The notes: generated from the letters alone by a model not told the origin. Positions 35,771 to 47,912 are shown, counted from the whole stretch's first letter. The stretch: 63,944 nt of DNA, filler included, from Piptocephalis cylindrospora (GCA_003614145.1; 4 parts of 4 records of this genome joined end to end with filler, not necessarily neighbours in it), one strand, 5' to 3'. Numbers and translations: made by a program.

Positions 35771-36571
35771 ATGCGCCTCTCCATTATCTTTGCCCTTGTC
35801 GCTAGCGTAACGGCGCTCCCCATGTCTCACCATTCGGTCAATTCTATCCATGGTGCATTACACCTAGATATCCCACTGAAATTAGTCCACCCCCCTGAAA
35901 ATCCCACTGAAAAGCCCAGGACCCTGAACTACGATGCCAAGTTCTTCTTTAAGGCACCTTTCGAGGGCATTCCTTTAGTAAACTTGGAGGTGATATCAAG
36001 CCAATCATCCATCAAGATCTTACTAGATCGAGATAATCTCACTCCCATTGGTCGCATTGACAGTGAGGCCAGTATTCCGTTGGATGCCCACTCTAAGTCC
36101 ATGAGAAAATTGACCTTGAAAGATGCCCAGCATAAATATTTGCTCATCCATCAACCCTCCTGTTCGAATCATCCATCAACCGAAGCGGGATGCATTTTGA
36201 TCAAACGAAACGACAAAAAAACCTACCATCTCTATCACCATAAGCAAAATGATCAAATTAAACTGTTCAGTACTACCGAGGAGAAAATGATCGCCATCGG
36301 CACTATCAAAAATCGTCTTCTAAGCCTCAAAATTTTGGATGCTCAAGACGCTTCTCTTAGCCTCAGCTCCTATTTCATCGCCGCTCGGTTTGGCATTGTG
36401 CCATCTACTGGTCCCCAACCCTCCCCCGCTATCCCCTTCTCTTTCCCCAGAGTACCGCCTGCCCCCGCCTCTCCCCATTTCTCCAGAAAAGAGCTCCTCA
36501 AGGATCCTCAAATTGCCCGTCTCGCTAAAGTCTTCCAGGATGCCCTTAAAGAAGGAATGGATGGTCGTTGA
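35771..36571 (+). CDS. Secreted hypothetical protein (266 aa)
   Basis: Clear signal peptide MRLSIIFALVASVTA|LP; single ORF; TATAAA near 35558 and a pyrimidine-rich leader. Confidence 0.8.
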   Translation: MRLSIIFALVASVTALPMSHHSVNSIHGALHLDIPLKLVHPPENPTEKPRTLNYDAKFFFKAPFEGIPLVNLEVISSQSSIKILLDRDNLTPIGRIDSEASIPLDAHSKSMRKLTLKDAQHKYLLIHQPSCSNHPSTEAGCILIKRNDKKTYHLYHHKQNDQIKLFSTTEEKMIAIGTIKNRLLSLKILDAQDASLSLSSYFIAARFGIVPSTGPQPSPAIPFSFPRVPPAPASPHFSRKELLKDPQIARLAKVFQDALKEGMDGR

Positions 36572-36973
36572 ACCATCCACTTCCATAGGCCCACCTGGCT
36601 CTGCTTTCCTTTCTCCGCCTAGCATATGATCGCCTCATTTCTTACGCACTTCTACTTCATCATGTATCTATTCATCCCTTTTTCATATTTTTTGCGCCAA
36701 TCTAGGATGCATGCATCCGTCGACTTTGCTCAATCAGCAGCGCAATACATACATTTCTAAAAACTGATCATCCATGTTCACCTGCTCTTACAATATCATG
36801 ACGTATGCCCAATTGGGACGCTTTAGCGCACTTGGCAGTACTCATACCGTAGCATGTCCCCAATTTTGACCTTCGAGCCCAATGCATTGGAGAGACCGTC
36901 TTAAAAGCAATACATGTTCTATCCGCTTACAAAAACCCTAGGCCAATATATTCCAGTCACCTTAGTATATCGC

Positions 36974-39900
36974 TTACTCAGCCTCTTTTTGCTGCTGCCC
37001 TTGTTGTTCCTGCTGCTTCTGGTGGTGTCTGGACCAATCCTCCATCATTCGATGCACATACTTGCCCAGATGCTCCAGATTCTCCATCTCACTCACTGTC
37101 CCGGATCCGCCCGACCGATCCACTCCATCCGCCTTCCACATCTCCCCGACTTGGATCGCGAGCTTTCGTGGCACCTGAGGATCAAGTAACTCTTGCACCC
37201 AATCCTTGGAAAGTGCCTCTTCTCCAAATTGCCTGTGCTGTCCAAAGAGATATGCCCCTAATCTAGCCCGACTAGCTGCCTTGGCTACCATCTTCTCCAC
37301 TGGATGTTCCCCTTGAGTCCATACCAAGGAAAGGAGTACATAATCCGCCACCGCTCCTTCCCGAATTGCCTCGTCTACCGTGGAGATCCGAATGACTGGA
37401 CCCCACAACGCCTCCCGGTTCCATCCACATCGCTTCCCCCATACATCTCGAAGAAGTGCCCTTTGTCCGGGAGTCGTGGCCAAAAGAAGGATGCTCTCGG
37501 AGGGATAACCAAGCAATCGCATGTACTGGTACGTGGCAATGACATATTCGGCCTCATCCACATTCTGTAGAAACCCTGGGCTAGGCTCTAATGCGCCTTC
37601 ACCCTCCACTTGAATCCATTGACGGGAATAGGTGAACCTAGCATAGAAAATATGTTAATACCTCAATCACCCTGTCGCATTGAAGAGTCAATCAATAATT
37701 CCCCAAACCCACCACTTACCCTGCGTTGCCATGAGCGTAAGCCGGCGAGGAAGAGGAAGGTGACACTACTTCTTCCATATCCCGTAGGCCCTCCGGCGGG
37801 CCTGAGTAGGCCCATCGGTAAAGGAGACTGATCTCGGGACGGGATCGAGCCTGATCTCCCAATCTTACCCGTGGTACCCCGAGAGAGAGGAAGCGACTCA
37901 GAAGCGACTGTCCATTCCTCTCCCATACCGCTTCACCATCTCCGGCTAGGATCACCCGATCAAGTCCCCGTCTGTCCCGTAGGGACGGGAGGAGGAAAAG
38001 GGATACAAGCGAATCCCCCTCGGATACTCTTTCCGCCCCAGTAAGGATGACCGTATCATATCGAAAGTTCATTTCCCGAAGCATCGTACGCTATACATGG
38101 CAAGGGGACAATTTGAGTCAGTGTCCCTCCATTCACCCATTCCTACACTCAGTATGGCAACAGGGGAGAAGCTACAAAGCAGTACACTTACCCGAACACA
38201 TGCCTCTTGGCAGGTCATCCCAATTACACGGGCCCCGTGCCCCAAAAGGTATTTGGCCCTTCCAGCCACATCCTTGATCAATTCCAGTGGTCTCAGTTCC
38301 TCCAGTGCCTCAAAGATACGCACTTGTACATACTTGTACGCTCTGTATGCCTTACGGAAGGCCTCTTCCACCGTTTGGTTCTCAGCCTTACCCTCTCCCT
38401 CCCACAAAGCCTCTTCTCCCCAAAAAGGAGTAAAGGGGAAAGCCCTTCGCACTGCTTCGGTCCCCCCTCCCTCTTCCTTAATCCGGCCTACCTCCCGTTC
38501 AAAATCCCCCCATCGGGGCATTACATGAGTGAGGTAAAAGTACCCTGCCGTTTCGCATGTCGAGCCGTACTCCCCCTCCAGGTTCATTGCCATGGCCAAT
38601 TGATCCACCTGCGCCAAAATCCATAGCCTTCGTTGCTAAAGGACAGCAGAATAGATATAGACAAATGAGTAAAGTGCCACCTCCTCAACCCTTTTCCCAC
38701 CCTCATTTCCCCTTTTCTTACCAAGGCAATGTCCACAGCCTGTCGTAAGGAAAGGCCAATCTGATCAAACCCTCCCGGCCCCACCCGTGCTATGTGTCGA
38801 TCTTCCACAATACCCGTCTGGTGAATAGACATGAATAGACGGCTCAACTCTCCCTCAGATCCAGCCAAGACAAGGATCCTTTTCTTCGGTTCACACCGGT
38901 ATAAATTGGCAATCGTCTGCGCAATCACTGTAGCTTTACCTGTCCCGGGACCCCCAGATATGAGAGAAAGGCCCCGAGAAGTGCCGGATTGAATGGCCTG
39001 GATTTGGGGAGGGGTGTAGGAAAGGTCCAATTGAGAAGTGGAGTAGGAAGCAAGGAACTCATCCGCCTCTTCTTCTTGATTCTCTCGTAACCAACGAATG
39101 GTCCCATCAATCTCGGAAATTTCTACCCATTGCATCCCATTTGCCTTGGGCCCAGGCTCCTCTTCTTTAGATGCCTTGGTCGCCTTTTCCTTCTTCTTGG
39201 CCTTTTCTGATCCCTGTGCGCCCTTCTGCCCTTCAGAGGTCATCAGAGTAAGATCAGGGAAGGCAGCCTTTAATTGATCATCTCCGCGGACGGCCTCATA
39301 CAGGGGCAATTTCCGCTTTCTATCCTTACTTTCTTCCTTACCCTGCTGGGTAAGCTGGGTGTAGTGTGCCCCTGCAGGATCTCCATACCCGAGAAGTACC
39401 GCCTCAAGCCAGCCAGGCACCACGCATAGTCTTTCCCTTTCTTCCTTCATCTCCTCATCACTTTCATCATCTTCATCATCCGACTGATCCTCATCACCTC
39501 CATCTTCCTCCCCATGGACGAGCATGCATTCGCCTAGGGCTGCGCCCAAAGCTTCCAGTGTAGCCCGCCTCCCTCCTTTTCCAGCTTCTGGGAGCCGCAA
39601 AAGGATATTATAGGATTGGTACATTCGGTCGTCCATCTCCCTCCCCTCCTCCCGGGCCTTCACGTCCAATTCTCCCTGATAGGGATCCAGGGCTAGGCGG
39701 TATCCTCGGATAGTGATGCCCTCCTGCTCCATCACTTCCCTGGTCCTTCGGCCAAGCTTGGATCCATCCAGTGCGATGAACTCGTCTAATCGGGCGCCTC
39801 GTACCCCCCGGATCCGCCAATTAGGTGTGCTTCCCCCCTCCTCTTCATCCCAGGCCACGTGGAGGAGAAAGAGGGTGTCTCCAATTCTGAGGTGTCGCTC

Positions 39901-41968
39901 CCATTCTCCTCGCACACTTGCTGTATATCTCCCCAGATCAATCCGGACATCCAGCTGCAGTGATCGAAGTTCCCGTCCCGTGGGCCCTTGCTGGTATAGG
40001 CATTCCCGTAGGGAGGGAGCGGAGGTAAGAGGAGCAGCATATCTGGACCATCCAGAGAAGAGGACCGAAGTGGCGACATTGGCCTTGGAACCAGGAGAAG
40101 GAGAAGACTGCTGGACGGCCGATGAGGGCTGAAGTCGGGCCACAGAGTCTAACATTATAGGCTTGACCTCCTGTACCACCAAGGATCGGAGGTGAAAGTA
40201 CCATTGATGTAGCAGGTCAGGCAAGGTAAGGTATTGCAAGGGTCGATCCCGAAGAAGCGATTGATCCACGCTAGAAACATCAGTAGTTGTAGCGAGAAAC
40301 AAATCATTCTCTGTGGGGAAGATAGAGGGAAGGGAAAAAACCGAAGATCCATGCTGGGAGGCAGTAGAGATAAAAGAGGACAAAATGATGTTCGCTCTGG
40401 AAGTATACGCATCCCTGAAGGTTTCCAGAAGTACAAGTCCAGGGACTTCTTTGCCCACCATAGCCTCTGGGGAATTTGGGGGATAACGGGAGAACCCAAG
40501 ACCCAAGCGCTCCAGAAGAGATCGGATTTCCTGCGAGGGGGAAGTGGTTGATGGATCATCCAAAAGTTCCAGCTGCTTCACCAGCCCGCTTCCTTGACCC
40601 TTGAGCAGGGAAGAGAAGGAGACCAGAGAAAGACCATGCATCCTCTCGCCGTAGTGAGCAAAGACGAACTGTTGCAGCTGGCCTAAATCTCGAGATAATC
40701 GGCGCAACATGGTCTTTTCAGTGATAGGAGATCCAGTATGCTCGTCAACTGGAAGGGTCATCAAGTAGGTTAACCGATTATACGCCGTAGTCAACGAGGG
40801 ATGAGGAGACTGGAGAGAGGAGTACAAAACCCTGAGATGAGGAAGAAAATGATGATCCTGGAGCAAAGCCCATGTGAATCGACGAGTAGGCAACTGGGAG
40901 GTAAGAGTGATGATCAACCCCAAAACCGAAAGTATATACTCTACAAGAATAGCGGAGAGAAGGGAAAGAGACAAGCCTGTGTTAGAAAGCAACATGGCGA
41001 CTAAAGAAAAAACAGACCAGAATGAGCTTACGATAGGAACTCTTTTCTCTACTAGGAGCCGCTTTATCGTCCAAGACCTCATCAGTATCCATGACTTGTG
41101 CCTCAAAATTCATCTCATGCACGCACCGGAGCAGGAGACGAGACAACCACTCCCGTTCCTCCAATAAATGTGTATGTTTCTCTCCTTCTATAACCAAGGT
41201 AGGGGGACACGACATGTGAGTATTTATACGCTGTAACATAACACATCTTATAACCGCCTGAGAACATCGTACCTGCTTGATTGAAACGTTTCTCCGTTAG
41301 CCTCCAGAGCTTACGTAGTTGCGGCACGCGGATCAACTCGGCATCTCGGTGGTTAGATGACAGCTGGCTCCAAATGGGGAGGAGGACGTAGGGAAGGCAT
41401 GCAGTACGGATAGATGCTTCGTGCAAATATCTAAAAGATAATGAGAGGAATTTTACGGCTCTAATGGTTCCGGTAAGCGCTGAGGCCTCTTGACGCAGGG
41501 AGCGGGAAAAGAGATGGTGATAAAAGAAGGTAATTCGATCCTGCACCTCCAATTTTGCCACTTCAGTTGGATGAAGAAGGACATCCCAGGAAAAGAAATC
41601 TGTCGTCTCTTGCCGATATAAAAGGATAGCAACAATAGCCTGTGTGGTTGCCTCAGATGCATCTTTCTCATAATGAGGCCAAAGGTACTATTATTATCAT
41701 TATTATTATAAAGAAAAGGGATGTGAGGTAGGATCAATACTAATACATAACGAGAATCAGCCCTTACCTTCTCCACATAGTCTGTTCGACTAAGAATGCT
41801 CAGGGATGTGGCAGGAAGGATCTGATCAGCCAAATTCGCCTGGTCATATACCTCTTGGACTATAGCGGGGGACCACCTGATCTGGTTGGTCTTGCCTAAC
41901 TTTCCTTTCTGAGCCTTACTCTGCCAGTGCTTGACGGCAAGGTTGACGAGTGGATGAGCTGGAGACAT
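36974..41968 (-). CDS. AQR: Intron-binding spliceosomal helicase Aquarius (AQR/Cwf11), multi-exon
   Basis: SQLPTRRF, LQYLTLPDLL, LGYGDPAGAHY, GEYGSTCETAGYFY, IFEALEELRPLEL, QNVDEAEYVIATYQYMRLLGYP, SRARLG and MENLEHLGKYVHRM are hallmark AQR segments, in the expected order. Confidence 0.95.
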
Positions 41969-42859
41969 CCTTAAGCGGTAGAAGGAGGTGGAGAAGATAG
42001 GAAAGGATGGGAGTGCGCTTAAGGACTGAAAGGAAAGAAATTGGTGTCAACGATGATGAGGAAATTGGTGGTGTTTAAAGATAGGCTGACGGACCAACTG
42101 TGTGCACTATCCTTAAACAAAACAGGTGTTTGTTTTGGTCCATTTTTGCTAAATTAACCATATCCCCCCTCCCCCCATTCCTCACTCCCCAATCCTCAAT
42201 TCTCGAATGAAAAACAACTCATCAAGCTAACCATTACAGCCTTTCTCTTACTAGTATACTGCTGGATATATCCCTTTCTAGCGTCATCGATAGATTTTAC
42301 ATGCTACATGGCTTGTTCCATGAGTACCCCCATTCATCTGAGCATCCTCCTTTAGCGGTAAAGACACTCAAGCTACTTTTTGAAAGGGTCATGGTCCAAT
42401 ATCAGCTCTATATAGCATGTTCTCTACTCAGTTATGGAGATCAAGGGTCAATAATAATCAACGTATCCTTCGTTTCATCGCTATTAAAAATATTGATCGA
42501 GATCAACATCTAGGGGCCTGTGAGAAATAGGGCAAGACGATAGAATAGCTGAAAATCGGGTATCATTTCAAGTCAATCCATTTATTCCTTTTCTCGTTGT
42601 AAATGACGACATAAAAAACCATATAAATGCATTCGAATACGTCTAATTCATAGCAAACTACATTACGAAGTAATACCAGCCTCAGGATGGTTCATGTAAA
42701 ATATGAGTCCCAGGATGATTCATCTTTCCCCACACGAACACTCAATTGTCAGATGGCAGATACGCGTGGGTACTTGAGACATGTCCACATCATCATGATC
42801 ACTCGAAGACAGGTCCTTCACACATCTTCCATCCATCCCCTTCCTACTTGTTCCGTTCA

Positions 42860-42888
42860 CCCATCCATCCATCCATCCATCCATCCAT
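42860..42888. repeat. (CCAT)n microsatellite
   Basis: About 7 CCAT units upstream of the Lsm14 gene. Confidence 0.85.
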
Positions 42889-43078
42889 CTTCGATACTTC
42901 TGACCGATCCAGCCGCTGATCCGCTCACCAATCCATCCTTTTGATTCCTTATTCTCTGTGACTCTCGATTCTTTCTTGTCCATACTCGACCAAGTCACAT
43001 CTCTTAGCCATCCTTTGCTCATCCCTGTACGCTCAGCACCTTCACCACTATCCAGACGACCATCCCTCTTCTTTCGAT

Positions 43079-44242
43079 ATGGACGGTAAAGAGTATGTCG
43101 GGGCCAAGATTAGCCTGGCATCTAAGTCGGGCGTCCGTTACATTGGGATCCTCAATGCTATGGACTTAGCGGCCTCCACAGTGGCTTTAGAGCAGGTGTA
43201 CTGTTACACAGGCGATCCAGCCACGACGATGCCTCGGTTCTTTGAATATGTCACCTTTAGGGCCAGTGATATTCAAGATCTTCAAGTGATTGAGATGCCC
43301 CAGCATGCAAAATCCCAGGCCCCTCCCTCCTCTAAGGCCGAGATGACTGACCCTGCTGTGCTGAATGCTTATCCTCAAAAACCTCAGGAGGTGTCCTCGG
43401 TGGTAAGCCCTACTGGGGTGCCGAGCACTGCTACCACCGCCACTACTACTACCACCGCCCCTGTCTCACAAGCCCCTGCCCCTCCTCCTGGGTCGCTCAT
43501 CTCGGTGAAGCCCGCTCCTCCTCCCCCCGCTTCTGTCCCAAAGGCACAGCCACCACCAGCCGTTCTCAACACGGCCATGTCAAATATGAGCGCCTCTGCT
43601 ACTCGGCCTCCTCCACGGAGAAATCAGGTGCATGTCCCGGATTCAGATTATGACTTTGCCTCGGCGAATGCGCGATTCAGCAAGGAGCAACTTCTCAAGG
43701 AAATTGCCCAGGTTCAGGATGGCGGAGTCTCTTCCACTTGGGATCCCACCCAGACTTCTTCCGCAAACACGCCAGTATCGCCTCCCGAGGCCGAGGCTGT
43801 CCTTATCCCCCCTCCCACCGAGTCGGACCAGGGATATTACAATCGATCCGCCTCCTTTTTTGACGACATTTCCTGTGAGAGTAAGGATCGGCGGGTTGCT
43901 GCCGCTTCTGGAACCCCTATTCCCATGTACGGGTCTTCGGGCGCCAGTCGAGACGGTGGACTCAGTACCAGTGTTGGTGCCGGTACTGAGATTGGTACTG
44001 GCGGTGGTGTTAATGGGGGAAGGGGAAGAGGTAGGGGAACGAGGAATGCTTGGGCTGTACGGGAGAGACGGGTGAACATGGAAACCTTTGGCCAGGTATC
44101 CGTGAACAATACTCCCCGGCACCATCAGTATGGTAGCGGTAGAGGAAGGGGAGGTACCGGTGGTCGTGGAGGCGGCGGCATGTACCGCGGAGGAGGGCAT
44201 GGGGGTGGTGACCAGATGCATCATGGTGGGTACCCACAGTAA
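43079..44242 (+). CDS. SCD6: Lsm14/Scd6 (RAP55) P-body translational repressor
   Basis: N-terminal Lsm14 domain (YVGAKISLASKSGVRYIGIL...FEYVTFRASDIQDL), FDF box (DYDFASANARF), FFD box (FFDDISCE), TFG box (ERRVNMETFG) and RGG tail. Confidence 0.95.
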   Translation: MDGKEYVGAKISLASKSGVRYIGILNAMDLAASTVALEQVYCYTGDPATTMPRFFEYVTFRASDIQDLQVIEMPQHAKSQAPPSSKAEMTDPAVLNAYPQKPQEVSSVVSPTGVPSTATTATTTTTAPVSQAPAPPPGSLISVKPAPPPPASVPKAQPPPAVLNTAMSNMSASATRPPPRRNQVHVPDSDYDFASANARFSKEQLLKEIAQVQDGGVSSTWDPTQTSSANTPVSPPEAEAVLIPPPTESDQGYYNRSASFFDDISCESKDRRVAAASGTPIPMYGSSGASRDGGLSTSVGAGTEIGTGGGVNGGRGRGRGTRNAWAVRERRVNMETFGQVSVNNTPRHHQYGSGRGRGGTGGRGGGGMYRGGGHGGGDQMHHGGYPQ

Positions 44243-44447
44243 AAGGAAGCTATTGCGTGCTCCGTGCTCTTTGGGAAGGTAAAAAGGTTTATGAGGTGAC
44301 CTGTTTACACTACGTATGAATGGGTGTGACGATCTGTGCCAGAAATGTACTCCTTTTCGCTCCCTCTCCTTTCACTCTTCATTGGATAGTTTATCATTAT
44401 ATTCCACTACCACTCCTATTCCAGTCCTCGCTCGTTTGGATACCTCT

Positions 44448-46109
44448 TCAAGGGACGTACACCTCCACACTGACCGGGTAGTGATCGCTTACCTTTAGAG
44501 CTTGTTCCTCGGGAATATCCCATTCTCGCTCGAACATCCAAACATCAGTGCCATGGAAATAGGCTCCCTGGTGTTTGGGCCATAAAATGCGATCGTACGC
44601 TTGATTGGAGCTGGCTCGCACGGTCGTATCTGCCTCATCTGGGATCCCCCAAACGTACTTGGGATCAGTAAATAACTTCATGTTAGGACGGGCCTTCCGG
44701 GGAACATAGTTGAAGCCGGCATTGAAGTCGCCCATAAGTATGGGCCCAAGATGAACGGGCTCCTTGGGTGGAAGAGGCGGGGGATGGGGCTCAACAGGAG
44801 GCTGATCCTCTGTCGGAGGCACCGGCTTAGGCGGACGGGGGATGCAGGGCACACAGACGGACAGGGCCCGAAGAAGCTTGGTGAGGCCAGAGACCGAGGT
44901 TTTGGCTCCGCCCTTCCCCTTCTTACTACCAGAGCTTATGGCAGGCGCCTTACTTTGCCTAATGGCGGGAGCGGGGGGATGACGCTGGAGGAGTTCCCCA
45001 TCATTATCCGGGGTGCAACCTTGTTCCTGAACAATGCGGGTATTGATACCATGCAGGGCTTCTAATTCCTCTACGGACCGGGTGGGCTGAGTATGTAGAC
45101 CCGCCAAGGTAATGGAGCTTCCGGGGGTTTGGGTGAATTCAAACTTGACGGCGAAGGGAGGCCGAGCATACACATCCTTGGAGGCGTAGACCTTGGAAGC
45201 TAAGGGACGAAGGATGTTGCGATTGTAAACCCAGATGTATCGTTCCTTGTGGGTACCTGTACCCAAGGGTTCAGAGGCGACGGCCAGATAGGGCAGATCT
45301 GCCTCGGGGATCAAGGGAATATCCACCTCTTGTTTCCTAGCCTTACCCTTTGTTTTGGATTTGGACGCTACTTTGGACTTGGGTGTTGTCTTGGATTTAG
45401 CTTTGGCCTTTACCTTTAGCTTCACCTCATTCTCCTTATTTTCATCGCCTGTCCCCTCTTCCATAGAGACCTCCTCTTCCTCTTTTTCCTCTTCCTCAAC
45501 ATAAGAGTCATCATCTCGGACAGCCCTTGACTGGGCTGCCGCGCGTGAGCGGGCTTTGGACTTGGCTTTGGTTTTCGATGGCTTACGGACGAGAGGAGAG
45601 CCTTGAGTAATCTCCCTGCCGCGGGCTTTGACCTGGGAGACCGAGCGATTAATTTGGTGACGACGTCGCTTCGCATTCATATTGGTGAGGTTTGTACGAG
45701 AATTGGAAGATCCTAGATTAAATTTAACTTCTAATTTTTTGTAGAGCCGATTGATGGCCTTGAATCCATTTGGGGTAAGGACATTTCCCTTTCCGGCACT
45801 TTCGAGAGAGACCCGGGAGAGCTGACTGGTAGAGGCAACGCCCCGGGTAGGATGATCCAGGGAAGCCTGGGAGATCTGACTGGTAGAGGCAATTCCTTGG
45901 ACAGGGGCAGTATGATCCAGAGAAGCCTGGGCCAGAAGCTGGAGAATGGCCTCCACTACCAAGCCAGACGCATCCCTCACCTCCATAAGCAGGCAAACAT
46001 CATACCGAAGTATGATACGAGCAAGGAGAGCAGAAACCTCGGGGTTCCGAGCCTTTTTAATAGAGAGGGCCTGGACGTTAAATGATCCTACACGGATGGT
46101 CTCGGGCAT
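44448..46109 (-). CDS. Deoxyribonuclease I family nuclease (EEP fold) with two large insertions
   Basis: SFNVQ, RYDVCLLMEVRD, SEPLG...KERY, ARPPF, LHT, MGDFNAG, DTTV, AYDRI and VSDHYPV occur in DNase I order. Confidence 0.92.
   Translation of the reverse strand: MPETIRVGSFNVQALSIKKARNPEVSALLARIILRYDVCLLMEVRDASGLVVEAILQLLAQASLDHTAPVQGIASTSQISQASLDHPTRGVASTSQLSRVSLESAGKGNVLTPNGFKAINRLYKKLEVKFNLGSSNSRTNLTNMNAKRRRHQINRSVSQVKARGREITQGSPLVRKPSKTKAKSKARSRAAAQSRAVRDDDSYVEEEEKEEEEVSMEEGTGDENKENEVKLKVKAKAKSKTTPKSKVASKSKTKGKARKQEVDIPLIPEADLPYLAVASEPLGTGTHKERYIWVYNRNILRPLASKVYASKDVYARPPFAVKFEFTQTPGSSITLAGLHTQPTRSVEELEALHGINTRIVQEQGCTPDNDGELLQRHPPAPAIRQSKAPAISSGSKKGKGGAKTSVSGLTKLLRALSVCVPCIPRPPKPVPPTEDQPPVEPHPPPLPPKEPVHLGPILMGDFNAGFNYVPRKARPNMKLFTDPKYVWGIPDEADTTVRASSNQAYDRILWPKHQGAYFHGTDVWMFEREWDIPEEQALKVSDHYPVSVEVYVP
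45815..45931. repeat. Two-copy tandem duplication (54-60 bp) inside the DNase I insertion
   Basis: ctgactggtagaggcaa and atgatccagRgaagcctggg each occur twice; encode QASLDH...ASTSQ twice. Confidence 0.85.
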
Positions 46110-47780
46110 GTGTATTTATCTGGAAAATGATCAAAGTGGGATGGGGGAAGCGCAAAGCAATGATACGAAGCAAAGAATGAGGGGATGAGAAGTGGCGAGG
46201 ATGGGAGAATGGGAGAGAAGACAAAGAAAGGAGCGGAGATGTCACGATGTGACATTTACGGTCCGACAGATGGTGAAATTGCATTATATTTATACGCAGC
46301 GTGGCAGCGGTCGCCAAGCCCTCCCATCCCCACTCCGAAAAGTGAGTATTGGCGGATTTAAATGTTGCTTGTGATGGTGATCACCTGGGCTAAAGTTGGG
46401 ACGATCCCCTGGAACCGAGCAGGGGAAGTAGGAGGGCCGGTATTAGCATTGCAGCCAACAGACAAGATCAATAGAAATGGGCTGCATGAACAAAACCATT
46501 GCTTATTGTTACAAGGGATGTATGAAGAGGAGGACTCTCTCATGCTTCCCGGTCATTAAACATATTCGGGGAACGACACTATGCGGCTCATAGGATGAGG
46601 AGGGAAGGGTGATGAGTATTTGAACTAGGTAAAGTGCGTGGAAATTGAGCAACCCACCAGAGTCGTCTACCCTGCCTTGCCATCCTGTAGAGAATATAGA
46701 AGAATTGACCCCATACAGAAAGTTTAGATAGTTACTGGATCTAGCCGGGAAGGGCGTGATCAACCGTTACGAAAGTGAGAAAAATAATATTGGATAGAGG
46801 GACAATACACTTGGTAGGCAAATACTGTTGAACAGGTTTCCCATAACCCTAACCCTAGCAGCTGTACATCAGTCTGCGCAACAGGTGAGAAAGCGTATGA
46901 TAATACGGAGATTCGCCGTATTATAACTATTGATCCATAGGTGGACGGTGCGGTATCTATCAGATAGCAAGTCGGGTATTTAACGACTGAGAGCCCTAGG
47001 TTTACCCAGTTTCTAGTGATATCCAACCAATCTACCCTTCACCTTTAGAGTGATTACCCGACTACGGCCCTATTATCTAGCAAAACTCATCGAATGACAC
47101 TGAGCTAGATTCAATAAAGCACACTTGAGATCGCATTTAATCCAAATAGAGTAAGTCAATGGAAAACTAACGACGTACTATGCCCGAGGCAAAAATAAGG
47201 CTATCCACACCCCAGGATAGAGTTTTAGTCAGGCGAAAGGCATTAGGCCAGCTAAATCCACATGGTGTAATTCATATTCTTAATCATCTTTGTACCTTTT
47301 ACGACTAAATTCGACCTAGAATCCCGATGATTAATATCCCAGGTTTCAGGAAGTTAGATGTCTAATAGTTCAGGAGCATTTTAACCTTTTTAAAAGTCAA
47401 CATAAACCTTCTGAGAGTGAATTAATGTCGAGCTAAGCTTACAACTTGGACAAATGTAAATACAGCTAATTACTAGAACTAATTGGAAAGTGTACCCTAG
47501 TCGGTGGATCAAACACTCTATAGCAGTACACTTGAGAGGCTCATATCATTTATTAGTGGATATATCACATTGCTGGGTTTGTCTTGATGGAGAGAGGAAG
47601 AGAGCAGCAGTATTAGCGAGTGCAGCACGGTATAAAGGGGATGGATGCTTGTTACTCCCTTGGTCTCTCAATCAGATGCAGAACCAAGGTGCCCATCCCC
47701 CCAGGATGGAGAGTGCTCTCCCATCTCTTGCTCCCTCTTATACTCGTCTCTTCTCATATTGAGGGAGTGATCCACCACCC

Positions 47781-47830
47781 ACACACACACCATAGACACA
47801 CACACACACACAATAGACACGCACACACCC
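47781..47830. repeat. Interrupted (CA)n microsatellite
   Basis: CA runs separated by repeated ATAGA. Confidence 0.8.
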
Positions 47831-47912
47831 ACATTTCTCAGTCCTCACTTGTGGGTCTCACTATGGGGATTCCCCTGCTGTCTACAGTAGGCTGTGACCC
47901 GACAAAAAAACA

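Noticed and set aside
46844..46858. TAACCCTAACCCTA telomere-like motif
   Set aside because: Only two units; consistent with chance.
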